The notes under the pieces are model-generated. The model was not told the origin of the DNA. It made no database searches and saw only the letters and a program-made list of their open reading frames with translations. 64,000 nucleotides of DNA. Source: Myxococcota bacterium. Its GTDB lineage: Bacteria > Myxococcota_A > Polyangia > Polyangiales > Sandaracinaceae. The position numbers and the translations under genes were made by a program. Positions 9,538-18,688 of this stretch are shown piece by piece. The stretch lies in contig JAYZQJ010000078.1 in the NCBI GenBank assembly GCA_036149055.1, positions 23,519 through 87,518 on the forward strand. The letters run 5' to 3'. The number at the start of each line of letters is the position of its first letter. Within the stretch, counting starts at the first letter, position 1.

Positions 9538-10422
9538 TCACCGCCGGCTGCGAGCCCGGATGATCATCGCGGTCAGGTTCAGGGTGAAGGTGATGACCAG
9601 GAGCACGAGCACGGTGCCGAAGAGGCTCCCCCGCGCGGCGTCGACGTTCGGGCTCTGCGTGCTGAGCGCGTACACGTGGTAGCCGAGGTGCATGTACATG
9701 TCGCGGAGGTCGGTCGGCAGCTGCGGGAGGTAGCTCGCCGCGCCGGTGAAGATGATCGGCGCGACCTCGCCCGCCCCGCGGCTGACCGCGAGGATGATGC
9801 CGGTGAGGATGCCGCCCTTGGCGTTGGGCACGGCGATCCGGAAGACGGTCTGGAAGCGCGTCGCGCCGAGCGCCAGCGCCGCCGAGCGCAGGTCCTGGGG
9901 GACGGACCGGAGCGCCTCCTCGGTGGTGACGATGACCACCGGGAGGGTGAGCACCGCCAGGGTCAGCGAGCTCCAGAGCACGGCCGGCTTCCCCCACACC
10001 GGCTGGCCGTCGTAGAGCAGGGCGTCCACGCCGCGGCCGAGGAAGAGGATGAAGAAGCCGAGCCCGAAGAGGCCGAAGACGATCGACGGGACGCCCGCGA
10101 GGTTGACCACCGCCGCGCGCACCCAGGCCGCCAGGCGGGAGCCCCGGGGCGCGTACTCCGCGAGGTAGACGCCGGTGAGGATGCCGACCGGGACGACCGC
10201 GACGGTCATCAGGAGCGTCATCAGCACCGTGCCCCAGATGGCGGGCCAGATGCCGCCGCCGACGAGGTCGCTGGACGGGCCCTCGGTGAGGAAGGTGGCG
10301 CTGATCGACGGCGCGCCGAGGATCGCGACCTGGCCGAGCACGACGAGCATGAGCGCGAGGACGAGCACGACGCTCGCGCCCGTGGCCCCCGCGAGGAGGA
10401 GGTCGCCCTTGACCCACTTCAC
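9538..10422 (-). CDS. pstA: Phosphate ABC transporter permease PstA
   Basis: GTG 10422 overlaps the pstC stop. Motifs GGIWPAIWGT, GVYLAEYA, NLAGVPSIVFGLFG, TTEEALRSVP, ALGATRFQT, SRGAGEVAPI. Confidence 0.93.
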   Translation of the reverse strand: MKWVKGDLLLAGATGASVVLVLALMLVVLGQVAILGAPSISATFLTEGPSSDLVGGGIWPAIWGTVLMTLLMTVAVVPVGILTGVYLAEYAPRGSRLAAWVRAAVVNLAGVPSIVFGLFGLGFFILFLGRGVDALLYDGQPVWGKPAVLWSSLTLAVLTLPVVIVTTEEALRSVPQDLRSAALALGATRFQTVFRIAVPNAKGGILTGIILAVSRGAGEVAPIIFTGAASYLPQLPTDLRDMYMHLGYHVYALSTQSPNVDAARGSLFGTVLVLLVITFTLNLTAMIIRARSRR

Positions 10423-11447
10423 GCCTCGACCCCCGCGGTCAGGCGACGGTGGAGGCGCGCGATGACGGCCGCGCCGAGGCGGTTGAGCGCGAACGTGATG
10501 ACGAACAGGAGCACGCCGAGGAGGAAGAGCACCCGCCAGTGAGGGTCGCCCTGCGCGACCTCGCCCAGCTCGGCGGCGATGGTCGCGGTCACCGTGCGCG
10601 CGCTGGTGGTCGGGTCGAAGAGCTCCATCACCGCGGCGTTGCCCGAGGCCATGAGCACGACCATCGTCTCGCCGATCGCCCGGCCGAAGCCGAGGATCAC
10701 GGCGGCCGCGATGCCGGGGAGCGCAGCCGGGACGACGACGCGCAGGGTCGTCTGCCACTTGCGCGCGCCCAGGGCCATCGCCGCCTCGCTCAGCTCCCGG
10801 GGGACGGCGCGCAGGGCGTCTTCGCTGATGGTGAAGATCATCGGGATGACGGCGAGGCTCAGGCCGCACGCCGCGACGATGGCGTTCAGGCGGTAGGCCA
10901 GGCCGAAGGTCTCCTGCATCCAGGTCGCGAGCACGATGAGCGCGAAGAAGCCGAGCACGACGCTCGGGATCGAGGCGAGCAGCTCGAGCGCCGGCTTGAT
11001 GACCTCCCGGAGCGAGCGCGGCGCGTACTGCGAGACGAAGATCGCGGCGCCCACCCCCGCCGGCACGCTGATGAGCATGGCCAGGACGGTGACCTTGAGG
11101 GTGCCGACGAGCAGCGGCACGACGTTCAGCTTCGAGGGCGTGCCCACCGGCTGCCAGACGAAGACCGCCTCCGCGTAGCCCGCCCACTGCTTCGGCAGGA
11201 ACAGCGCGTCGAGGCCGCCGATCTCTCCGTGCAGCTCGGTCTCCCAGAGGAGCGGCAGCGCCTCCTTCAGGATGAAGACGAAGATGAGCACGATGGCCGC
11301 GATGGCGACGAAGGCCACCCCGGTGATCGCCTTCTCCGCCAGGCGGTGCGCGAGCGGGGTCTCGAAGCCCTGCCCGAGCGGGACGACGGCGCGCGGCGCG
11401 CCCGGCTCCGAGAGCTCTCGCTCGCCGGATCGCGCGCCGCGGCTCAT
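10419..11447 (-). CDS. pstC: Phosphate ABC transporter permease PstC
   Basis: PLLVGTLKVT, ELLASIPSVVLGFF, SEDALRAVP, ALGARKWQT, GRAIGETMVVLMASGN. Confidence 0.93.
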   Translation of the reverse strand: MSRGARSGERELSEPGAPRAVVPLGQGFETPLAHRLAEKAITGVAFVAIAAIVLIFVFILKEALPLLWETELHGEIGGLDALFLPKQWAGYAEAVFVWQPVGTPSKLNVVPLLVGTLKVTVLAMLISVPAGVGAAIFVSQYAPRSLREVIKPALELLASIPSVVLGFFALIVLATWMQETFGLAYRLNAIVAACGLSLAVIPMIFTISEDALRAVPRELSEAAMALGARKWQTTLRVVVPAALPGIAAAVILGFGRAIGETMVVLMASGNAAVMELFDPTTSARTVTATIAAELGEVAQGDPHWRVLFLLGVLLFVITFALNRLGAAVIARLHRRLTAGVEA

Positions 11448-12301
11448 CGCGTGACTCGCTCCGCGGTGCGCACGCGGGGCAGCGGGTAGTAGCCCGCCGC
11501 CTCCACCAAGCTCTGGCCCCGAGGGCCGCGGGTCCAGGCGATGAAGTCGGCCGCGGTGCCGCGCGGCTCGCCGGCCGTGTAGACGAGGAGCGGCCGCGCC
11601 AGCGGATAGCGACCGTCGAGCGCGCTCTGGGCGCTCGGCGCCACCGGGTCGCCGCCCTCGGTGGCGATCGGCACCGCGCGCACGCCCCCGCCGAAGCCGA
11701 TCCCCCCGTAGCCGATGCCGCTCGGGTCGCGGCTCACCGCGTGGATCACCGCCGCCGTGCCCGGGAGCGTCTGGGCCTCGCTAGCGAAGTCGCGGTCCTC
11801 GAGCACGCGCTCCTTGAAGTAGGCGTAGGTGCCCGAGCTGTTCTCCCGGCTGTAGAGCACGATGCGCCCGGGCGGGCCGCCGACGTCGCGCCAGTCGTCG
11901 ATGCGCCCGCGGTAGATCGCCGAGAGCTGGGCCAGCGTGAGCGACGCGACGGGGTTGTCCTCGTGCACGTAGACGGCGACGGCGTCGATCGCGACCGGCA
12001 CGGCGTGCGCTTCGGCGTCCCGGTTGCGCCGGAGGTTGCGTCGCTCGCGCTCGGTGATGGTCCGGCTCGCGGTGGCGATGTCGGTCGTCCCGTTGATCAG
12101 CGCGGCGAGGCCGGTGCCGCTCCCCCCGCCGGTGACCTGGATGGTCGCCTCGGGGTGGGCGCGCATGTAGTGCTCGGCCCAGCGCTGGGTGAGGATCACC
12201 ATGGTGTCGGATCCCCGGACGCTGACACGTCCGGCGGCGTCGCCGTCGCCCGAGCAGGCGGCGGCGGAGAGCGCGAGCAGGATCGCGAGCAGGGTCCTCA
12301 T
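11444..12301 (-). CDS. pstS: Phosphate ABC transporter substrate-binding lipoprotein PstS
   Basis: ATG 12301 with GGAG upstream and lipobox SAAAC. Motifs VRGSDTM, GGGSGTG, ASR, SRENSSGTY, YPLARPL. Confidence 0.92.
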   Translation of the reverse strand: MRTLLAILLALSAAACSGDGDAAGRVSVRGSDTMVILTQRWAEHYMRAHPEATIQVTGGGSGTGLAALINGTTDIATASRTITERERRNLRRNRDAEAHAVPVAIDAVAVYVHEDNPVASLTLAQLSAIYRGRIDDWRDVGGPPGRIVLYSRENSSGTYAYFKERVLEDRDFASEAQTLPGTAAVIHAVSRDPSGIGYGGIGFGGGVRAVPIATEGGDPVAPSAQSALDGRYPLARPLLVYTAGEPRGTAADFIAWTRGPRGQSLVEAAGYYPLPRVRTAERVTR

Positions 12302-12426
12302 GGGCTCCCTCGACGTACGACACATCCGATCACGGGGAAGCCCGGCATATGTAACAGGATGGAGAAATCTTGCGAGTGCATCTGCGCGCATCGGCGTGGT
12401 CGGATGCCACCGTTTTTGGTATCTCC

Positions 12427-14865
12427 ATGCCCGTGTGGCGGTGGGCCTGGCTGCTCGCGTTCGTGCTGGCGACGGCGCCGGGGTCCGCGGCGTTGGGGCA
12501 GGACGCCCCTGCCGAAGGCGCCGAGGAGGGCGAGCCGGCCCCGCCGACGCGGCCCGCGCTGACGCCGCCCAGCCTGATCGAGGCGCCGCCCGTCTCGCTC
12601 CCGGAGGGCGCCGAGCCGCTCCCCGAGGACGCGGCGGTCGAGCTGCAGATCACGATCGCCCCCGACGGAACCGTGAGCGAGGCGCAGATCCTCACCCCGG
12701 TGCGCGACGACGTCGACGCGCTCGTGCTCGAGGCGGCTCAGGGCATGCGGTTCGAGCCGGCCACCCGCGACGGAGAGCCGATCCCGGCGCGGGTTCGCTT
12801 CCGCTACCGCATCACCCCGCCCCCGCCGCCGCCCGCGCCCGAGGAGCCGCTCGAGAGCGCGGCCGAGGCGATGGAGGCGGAGGCGCCGCTCGGCGGCGAG
12901 CCCACCGGGCTGGACGTCTCGGAGATGGAGACCGACGTCGAGGAGCTCGGGGTGACCGCGGTGACCGAGCGGCCCGAGCCAGGCGCCGCCGAGCGCATCA
13001 CCCTGTCGGCGGAGGAGCTGACCACGGTGCCCGGCACCTTCGGCGAGCCGCTGCGGGTGGTGGCCACCCTCCCCGGCGTCGCGCGGAGCCCCTTCGGGCT
13101 CGGCTTCTTCCTCGTCCGCGGCGCGGCGTTCAACAACACCGGCTTCTTCGTCGACGGCTTCCCGGTGCCGCTCCTCTACCACCTCGGCGCGGGCCCGGCG
13201 GTGATCTCGAGCCGGCTCGTCTCGGAGCTCAACTTCTACCCCGGCGGCTACCCGGCGATGTTCGGGCGGTTCAGCGCGGGCGTGATCGCGGTGGAGACCG
13301 AGGCGCCCGAGGTGCGGAGCCCGCGCGGGGAGCTCGAGATCGACATCTTCCGGGCGAGCCTGCTCGCGGTGATCCCCTTCGACGAGAACCGGGGCTCGAT
13401 CGCGGTCGCCTTCCGCCGCAGCTACTACGATCTGCTGCTGCCGCTCGTCGTCGACGGGCTCGACATCAACTACACCGACTACCAGGTCCGCACGAGCTAC
13501 CGGGTCGACTCCCGCATGGAGCTGAGCCTCTTCGTCTTCGGCTCGGACGACGTGCTCGACCAGAGCGGCAGCTTCGGCGGCGGCATGGCGAGCGAGGGCG
13601 TGCAGACGCGCCTCGGCTACGACTTCCAGCGCATCATCGGCCGCATCGACCTGCGCCTCCCCGAGCGGGTCCGGGTCCGCCTCAGCGGCATGCTCGGCCG
13701 GGACGGCAACACCTTCACCAACGCGTCGCCCGGCACCGACGGGCTTCGCTTCGCGCTTCAGAACAGCTACGCGGCGTTCCGGCTCGACGCGCAGATCCCC
13801 TGGATCGACGAGCTCGAGACGCGCGTCGGCTTCGACATCAACGCCACCCTCTTCGACGTCGAGGCGTCGGCGTTCACGCCCATCGGGCTCGGCCAGTACC
13901 CGACGCCGCTGTTCACGCCGCAGGCCACCCCGGTGGACCTGACGGTCGTGCGCGCGCTCGCCGCCTTCTACATCGACCAGATCATCCGCCTCGGCCCGGT
14001 CGAGATCAGCGCGGCCGGCCGCTTCGACTACATGCGCTACGGCACCGTCTCGGAGGTCTTCCCCGACCCGCGCCTCGTGGTGCGCTGGCAGGTGGTTCCC
14101 GAGCTGAAGCTGAAGGCCGCGACCGGGCTCTTCACCCAGCCGCCGAGCGTCTTCCAGATCACGCGACAGACCGGGAGCACGGATCTCGCGCCCAACCGCG
14201 CGTGGCAGAGCTCGGCCGGCCTCGAGCTGATGCTGCCCGAGCGCATCGAGGTGCACACGACCGGCTTCTACAGCCAGATGTTCGACATCTCGCGGCAGGT
14301 GAATCGGGTCATCGACACCCCGGAGGGCCCGCGCCGCCAGTTCTTCGTCGCCGACGGCGAGGGCCGCTCCTACGGCCTGGAGCTGCTGGTCCGACGCAAG
14401 GTGGATCGCGGGCTCTATGGCTGGCTGAGCTACACCCTGAGCCGGAGCGAGCGGCGGACCGGCGCCGGCACCTGGGAGCCCTTCGTCTTCGACCAGACGC
14501 ACATCCTCAACTTCGCGCTCAGCTACAGCGTGGACGGCTGGCGCTTCGGCGCGGCCTTCCAGCTCGCGACCGGTCGGCCGAGCGACACCCTGGTCGGCAC
14601 CATCTACGACGCCGACGAGGACGAGTTCGATCCGTCGTTCCGCACGCTCGGCGGCCGGCTCGACACCTTCACGCGGCTGGATCTCCGCATCGACCGCGAC
14701 TTCGAGGTCGGCCCCATCCGCGGCTCCGTCTACCTCGACGTCCAGAACGTCTACAACGCGACCAACAACGAGGGCGTGCTCTACCAGCACGACTACCTGC
14801 GCACCGCCAACCTCCCCGGCCTGCCGATCATCCCGGCGATCGGGGTGAGGGGGATCATCGAATGA
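12427..14865 (+). CDS. TonB-dependent receptor with N-terminal TonB_C-like domain (myxobacterial type)
   Basis: Signal peptide; TonB_C-like segment (ITIAPDGTV...MRFEPATRDGEP); Pro-rich linker; plug motifs (VPGTFGEPLRVVATLPGV, VRG, YHLG, FYPGGYP); barrel end GRSYGLE, FDQTH, RLDLRID, YLDVQNVYN, LPIIPAIGV. Confidence 0.88.
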   Translation: MPVWRWAWLLAFVLATAPGSAALGQDAPAEGAEEGEPAPPTRPALTPPSLIEAPPVSLPEGAEPLPEDAAVELQITIAPDGTVSEAQILTPVRDDVDALVLEAAQGMRFEPATRDGEPIPARVRFRYRITPPPPPPAPEEPLESAAEAMEAEAPLGGEPTGLDVSEMETDVEELGVTAVTERPEPGAAERITLSAEELTTVPGTFGEPLRVVATLPGVARSPFGLGFFLVRGAAFNNTGFFVDGFPVPLLYHLGAGPAVISSRLVSELNFYPGGYPAMFGRFSAGVIAVETEAPEVRSPRGELEIDIFRASLLAVIPFDENRGSIAVAFRRSYYDLLLPLVVDGLDINYTDYQVRTSYRVDSRMELSLFVFGSDDVLDQSGSFGGGMASEGVQTRLGYDFQRIIGRIDLRLPERVRVRLSGMLGRDGNTFTNASPGTDGLRFALQNSYAAFRLDAQIPWIDELETRVGFDINATLFDVEASAFTPIGLGQYPTPLFTPQATPVDLTVVRALAAFYIDQIIRLGPVEISAAGRFDYMRYGTVSEVFPDPRLVVRWQVVPELKLKAATGLFTQPPSVFQITRQTGSTDLAPNRAWQSSAGLELMLPERIEVHTTGFYSQMFDISRQVNRVIDTPEGPRRQFFVADGEGRSYGLELLVRRKVDRGLYGWLSYTLSRSERRTGAGTWEPFVFDQTHILNFALSYSVDGWRFGAAFQLATGRPSDTLVGTIYDADEDEFDPSFRTLGGRLDTFTRLDLRIDRDFEVGPIRGSVYLDVQNVYNATNNEGVLYQHDYLRTANLPGLPIIPAIGVRGIIE

Positions 14866-15833
14866 GGCGCCTCCTCCCCGTGCTCTGCCTGCTGCTGTCG
14901 ACCGGGTGCCTCGACATCGACTTCGACTCGCCGCACCTCATCCAGTACGAGCGCATCATCGGCCTCCGCGCCGAGCCGCCCGAGGCGCAGTTCGGCGAGG
15001 ACGTGGTCTTCACCGCGCTGGTGGTCGACGAGACCGGCGCCAACCTGGCGATGGAGCCCGACGTCGAGCTGCGGTGGTCGGTCTGCGTGAGCCTGGCCGC
15101 CATCGTGCGCGGCGCGGGGCTCGGCGCCGGGAGCGACCTCGAGGACGACTGCCGCGAGGGCGGCGACGACCTCGTCCGGTTGAGCGCCGAGGGCCTGCCC
15201 CCCGACTCGGCCCGGCTGCCCGGCGCGGCGGTGGTCGCGGTCATCGCCGAGCTCATGGCCCCCGGCGGCGGCGGCGGCCTGCCCTCGATCCCCGGCCTCG
15301 ATCCGGGCAGCGCGCGGTCGCTGCTGACGGTGATCGCCGAGGTCGGCGTGCCGCTCAGCGTGCGCCTCGAGGTCTACCGGCAGGGCGAGCTGATCCAGAC
15401 CGGCTTCAAGCGCTTCGCGATCGTGATGCGCGAGGACCCGACCACGAACCCGCCGCCGCCGCGCTTCGCGCTCGACGGCGCCTTCGTGAGCGCGCGGGGC
15501 GAAGGCGACCCCACCCGGTGCGTCCCCGAGGAGGGCCCGATCGTGCTCGACGCCGGCGCCGAGATCGCGCTCGACCCCGACGACGACGAGGAGGCCTGGC
15601 TCGAGACCTACCCCGTCTTCAACTTCGACGGCGAGGTGCAGGAGAACGAGGAGAGCGCCTACTACTCCTGGTTCGTCACCGCCGGCTCCATGGCCGACGA
15701 CATCACCCAGCGCCCCGAGGACGACACCGCCTGGACGACCCCCGAGGAGCCCGGCACCTACCCGCTCTGGCTCGTCGTGCGCGACGGCCACCTCGGGATG
15801 TCGTGGTGCCAGGTCGACGTGGAGGTGCGCTAG
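14862..15833 (+). CDS. Lipoprotein partner of the TonB-dependent receptor, function unknown
   Basis: ATGA overlap with the receptor; lipobox LSTGC; RIIGLRAEPPE and C-terminal SWFVTAG...LWLVVRDGHLG. It is the 3' part of ORF 12189..15833. Confidence 0.75.
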   Translation: MRRLLPVLCLLLSTGCLDIDFDSPHLIQYERIIGLRAEPPEAQFGEDVVFTALVVDETGANLAMEPDVELRWSVCVSLAAIVRGAGLGAGSDLEDDCREGGDDLVRLSAEGLPPDSARLPGAAVVAVIAELMAPGGGGGLPSIPGLDPGSARSLLTVIAEVGVPLSVRLEVYRQGELIQTGFKRFAIVMREDPTTNPPPPRFALDGAFVSARGEGDPTRCVPEEGPIVLDAGAEIALDPDDDEEAWLETYPVFNFDGEVQENEESAYYSWFVTAGSMADDITQRPEDDTAWTTPEEPGTYPLWLVVRDGHLGMSWCQVDVEVR

Positions 15834-16711
15834 GCGTTCGGGCCGAAGCTCGTGATGATGTAGCCGCCGCTGCGCTCGTCCTTGCTCAGCTCGAGAAGGC
15901 CCTTCTTCTCGGCGTCCTCGAGCATCTCGCTGAAGGTGCGGTAGCCGTGGAAGCGCTCGGAGAAGTTCGGGCGCTTGCGCTTGAGGGTCTGCTTGACCAT
16001 CGAGCCCCAGAGGTGGCTGTCGCGGTCCTGGAAGAGCGCCTCGACGGTGTCGAGGATGTGGTCGAGCCCCTCCTGCTGGCGCTCCTGCTCCTCCTCCTTC
16101 GACAGCTCCTTGTCCTTCGGGCTGGCGTCGGACTGGGTGACGGCGGGCTTGTCGTCCTTCTTGGGCGCCGGCCGGTCGTTGTTGCTCGACTTCTTGCGCG
16201 GCTTCTTGGCGTGCCGCTTGTGGCCGCGCTTCGCCCGCACGAGGTCGTCGTAGTAGATGAACTCGTCGCAGTTCTCGATCAGTAGATCGCTGCTCGAGTT
16301 CTTCACCCCGAGCCCGATGACGATCTTGTCGTTCTCGCGCAGCTTGCTGACGAGCGGCGAGAAGTCGCTGTCGCCGGAGATGATGACGAAGACGTCGATG
16401 TGCCGCTTCGTGTAGCAGAGGTCGAGCGCGTCCACGACGAGGCGGATGTCGGCGCTGTTCTTCCCCGAGTAGCTGACGTGCGGGATCTCGATCATCTCGA
16501 AGCCCGCCTCGTGCATCGCCCGCTTGCTGCTCTTGTAGCGGTCCCAGTCCGAGTAGGCCTTCTTGACGACGATCTTGCCCTTGTCGAGCAGCCGCTCGAG
16601 CACGAGCTCGATGTCGAAGTCCTTGTAGTTCGCGTCCCGCACGCCGATGGCCACGTTCTCGAAGTCGGCGAAGATGGCCAGGTTGGGCGCGGAGTCGTAG
16701 TTGTCGCTCAA
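15830..16711 (-). CDS. NYN (PIN-like, LabA/DUF88) domain protein with C-terminal OST-HTH/LOTUS domain
   Basis: TTG 16711 after GGAGA. Motifs AIFADFEN, KAYSDW, GKNSADIRLVVDAL, ISGDSDFSPL, CDEFIYY; C-terminal PNFSERFHGYRTFSEML. Confidence 0.9.
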   Translation of the reverse strand: MSDNYDSAPNLAIFADFENVAIGVRDANYKDFDIELVLERLLDKGKIVVKKAYSDWDRYKSSKRAMHEAGFEMIEIPHVSYSGKNSADIRLVVDALDLCYTKRHIDVFVIISGDSDFSPLVSKLRENDKIVIGLGVKNSSSDLLIENCDEFIYYDDLVRAKRGHKRHAKKPRKKSSNNDRPAPKKDDKPAVTQSDASPKDKELSKEEEQERQQEGLDHILDTVEALFQDRDSHLWGSMVKQTLKRKRPNFSERFHGYRTFSEMLEDAEKKGLLELSKDERSGGYIITSFGPNA

Positions 16712-16771
16712 AGCGCGTTCTCCAATGGAAGAGTTCGAAGTCAGGTAGGTCGCCGCCACGCGACCGTCAAA

Positions 16772-17494
16772 TCAGGCCCCGAGGAGCTGGACGATCTCGG
16801 CCGGGCTGACCTCGTCGCCGCACGGCAGCCAGGTCTGGGTGTGGGGCACGGCCTCGTTCAGCCGCTGGCGCTCGGCGAGGGGCATGCGCCAGACCACCAC
16901 CCGCACGCCCGAGGTGCCCTCGGCGAGCACCGCGACGGTGCGGTCGACGGGGATCGAGGGGCTCCGCGCGTCGAGCACGACCGCGCTCGCCGGCTGCTCG
17001 CCCCGCGAGAGCGCCCCCTTGAGCACCGCCATGCTGGTGACCGCGATCACCTCGGTGCCCTGCGGCGCGGCCGCCATCGCCATCTCCACCATCGTCCGGT
17101 CCACGGTGACCAGGATCCAGAGCGCCTCCTGCGCGCCCGGATCGGTGCCGCCCTTTCGCAGCCCCCACGCGGGCGTCGCGCGGGTGTGGATGGCGCCGCT
17201 GATCAGGTCCTCGTAGGCCTGCCGGGCGGAGGCGTCGTCGGCCGGCGGCCGGGCGGTGATCGGCTGGGTCCGCCCCGGGATCTCCTCGAGGATGGCGTCG
17301 ACGATCTCGTCGGCGGTGCTCGGGTGCACCCGGCCCACCAGCGCGTGGCCGAGCGGCCCCCGCACGAAGGCGGCGAGCGAGTCCGGCTGCTCGGGCAGCG
17401 CCGACAGGCCCGCGCCCTCCAGCGCCTCGGCGAGCGCCCCCAGGGTCCCGGTCTGCTCGAGCACCCGCTTCACCCGCTGCTCCGGCTCGCTCAT
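16772..17494 (-). CDS. Hypothetical protein, C-terminal half resembles a degenerate receiver fold
   Basis: ATG 17494 (MSEPEQRV) with host-like codons. Alternating beta/alpha pattern WILVTVD...AVVLDA...VVVW...SPAEIVQLL. Confidence 0.6.
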   Translation of the reverse strand: MSEPEQRVKRVLEQTGTLGALAEALEGAGLSALPEQPDSLAAFVRGPLGHALVGRVHPSTADEIVDAILEEIPGRTQPITARPPADDASARQAYEDLISGAIHTRATPAWGLRKGGTDPGAQEALWILVTVDRTMVEMAMAAAPQGTEVIAVTSMAVLKGALSRGEQPASAVVLDARSPSIPVDRTVAVLAEGTSGVRVVVWRMPLAERQRLNEAVPHTQTWLPCGDEVSPAEIVQLLGA

Positions 17495-17551
17495 CGCCGG
17501 CCGAGCATAAGTCGAAGGCCCCGCGCTCTCCAAGGTGGCAGACTCCGCGCG

Positions 17552-18688
17552 ATGAGCGCCCCCCATGACCTCTTCGCCGCCTGCGCCCCCGGTCTCGAGC
17601 CCCTCCTCGAGGCCGAGCTGTCGTCGCTCGGCACCCTGTCCCCCAAGGCCGTGCCCGGCGGGGTCGTCTTCGGCGGGCACCGACGCGTGCTCTACCGGGT
17701 GAACCTCGAGAGCGGGCTCGCGAGCCACGTGCGCGTGCGGGTCGGCCGCTTCCTCGCGCGCTCCTTCGAGGAGCTGGAGCGCGAGGCGGCCCAGATCCCC
17801 TGGGAGCGCTACCTGAGCCCCGGGGTGCCCCGCCGCTTCCGGGTCACCGCTCGCAAGAGCCGGCTCCATCACACCGACGCGCTCGCCGAGCGCCTCTCGA
17901 AGATCATCGCGATCCGCCTCGGCGATCACCTCGCGGTGCCCGATCCGGGCGGCGTTCGGGTGCACCTCCGGATCGAGCGCGATCGCGCGGGCTGCTCGAT
18001 CGACAGCTCCGGGGAGCCCCTCCACCGCCGCGGCTGGCGGACCCACGTGGGCCCGGCGCCGCTCCGCGAGGACCTCGCGCGGGCCCTGATCGTGGCCAGC
18101 GGCTGGGAGCCGGGCCAGGCGCTCTGGGATCCGCTCTGCGGCAGCGGCACGATCGCGATCGAGGCGGCGACGATGGCGCGCGGCATGGCGCCGGGCCGCA
18201 TGCGGGGCTTCGACTTCGAGCGCACCCCGCTCCTGCACGCGCCGACCTGGGACGCGGTGAAGGCCGAGGCCCGGGATCGCGTCGGCGAGAGCGCGTCGAG
18301 CTTCGGCGCCAGCGACCGCGACGAGGCGGTGCTGCAGGCGGCCCGCGCCAACGCGGAGCGCGCCGGGGTCGAGATCGCGTTCGAGCGCTCCAGCGTCACC
18401 CAGGCCGTCCGCCCCGAGGGCCCGCGCGGCGCGCTGGTCACCAACCCGCCCTACGGGCATCGCCTCGGCGAGGGCGAGGACCTGCGCCCGCTCTACGACG
18501 CGCTCGGCCGGCGGGCCGAGGAGCTGCCGCCCGGGTGGAGCGCCGCGCTCTACGCGACCGATCGCAAGCTCGGGCACCGCGTGGGGCCCGGGCTCACGAC
18601 CGCCTTCGTCGCCGACGCGGGCGGCCTCAAGGTGCGGGCCCTGGTCAGAAGCCCTGCTGAGAGCCGACCAGCAGACGCACCGAGCTGA
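17552..18688 (+). CDS. THUMP-domain class I SAM-dependent RNA methyltransferase (RlmL/UPF0020-like)
   Basis: FAACAPGLE, IDSSGEPLHRRGWR, APLREDLA, LWDPLCGSGTIAIEAA, VTNPPYG. Confidence 0.88.
   Translation: MSAPHDLFAACAPGLEPLLEAELSSLGTLSPKAVPGGVVFGGHRRVLYRVNLESGLASHVRVRVGRFLARSFEELEREAAQIPWERYLSPGVPRRFRVTARKSRLHHTDALAERLSKIIAIRLGDHLAVPDPGGVRVHLRIERDRAGCSIDSSGEPLHRRGWRTHVGPAPLREDLARALIVASGWEPGQALWDPLCGSGTIAIEAATMARGMAPGRMRGFDFERTPLLHAPTWDAVKAEARDRVGESASSFGASDRDEAVLQAARANAERAGVEIAFERSSVTQAVRPEGPRGALVTNPPYGHRLGEGEDLRPLYDALGRRAEELPPGWSAALYATDRKLGHRVGPGLTTAFVADAGGLKVRALVRSPAESRPADAPS

Noticed and set aside
12347..12357. Pho box upstream of pstS (CTGTTACATAT on the minus strand)
   Set aside because: Only one half-site-like element; no convincing second repeat at 11-bp spacing.
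12189..14861. N-terminal part of ORF 12189..15833 and antisense ORF 12298..14790
   Set aside because: Off-frame and antisense shadows of the TonB-dependent receptor, expected in high-GC DNA.
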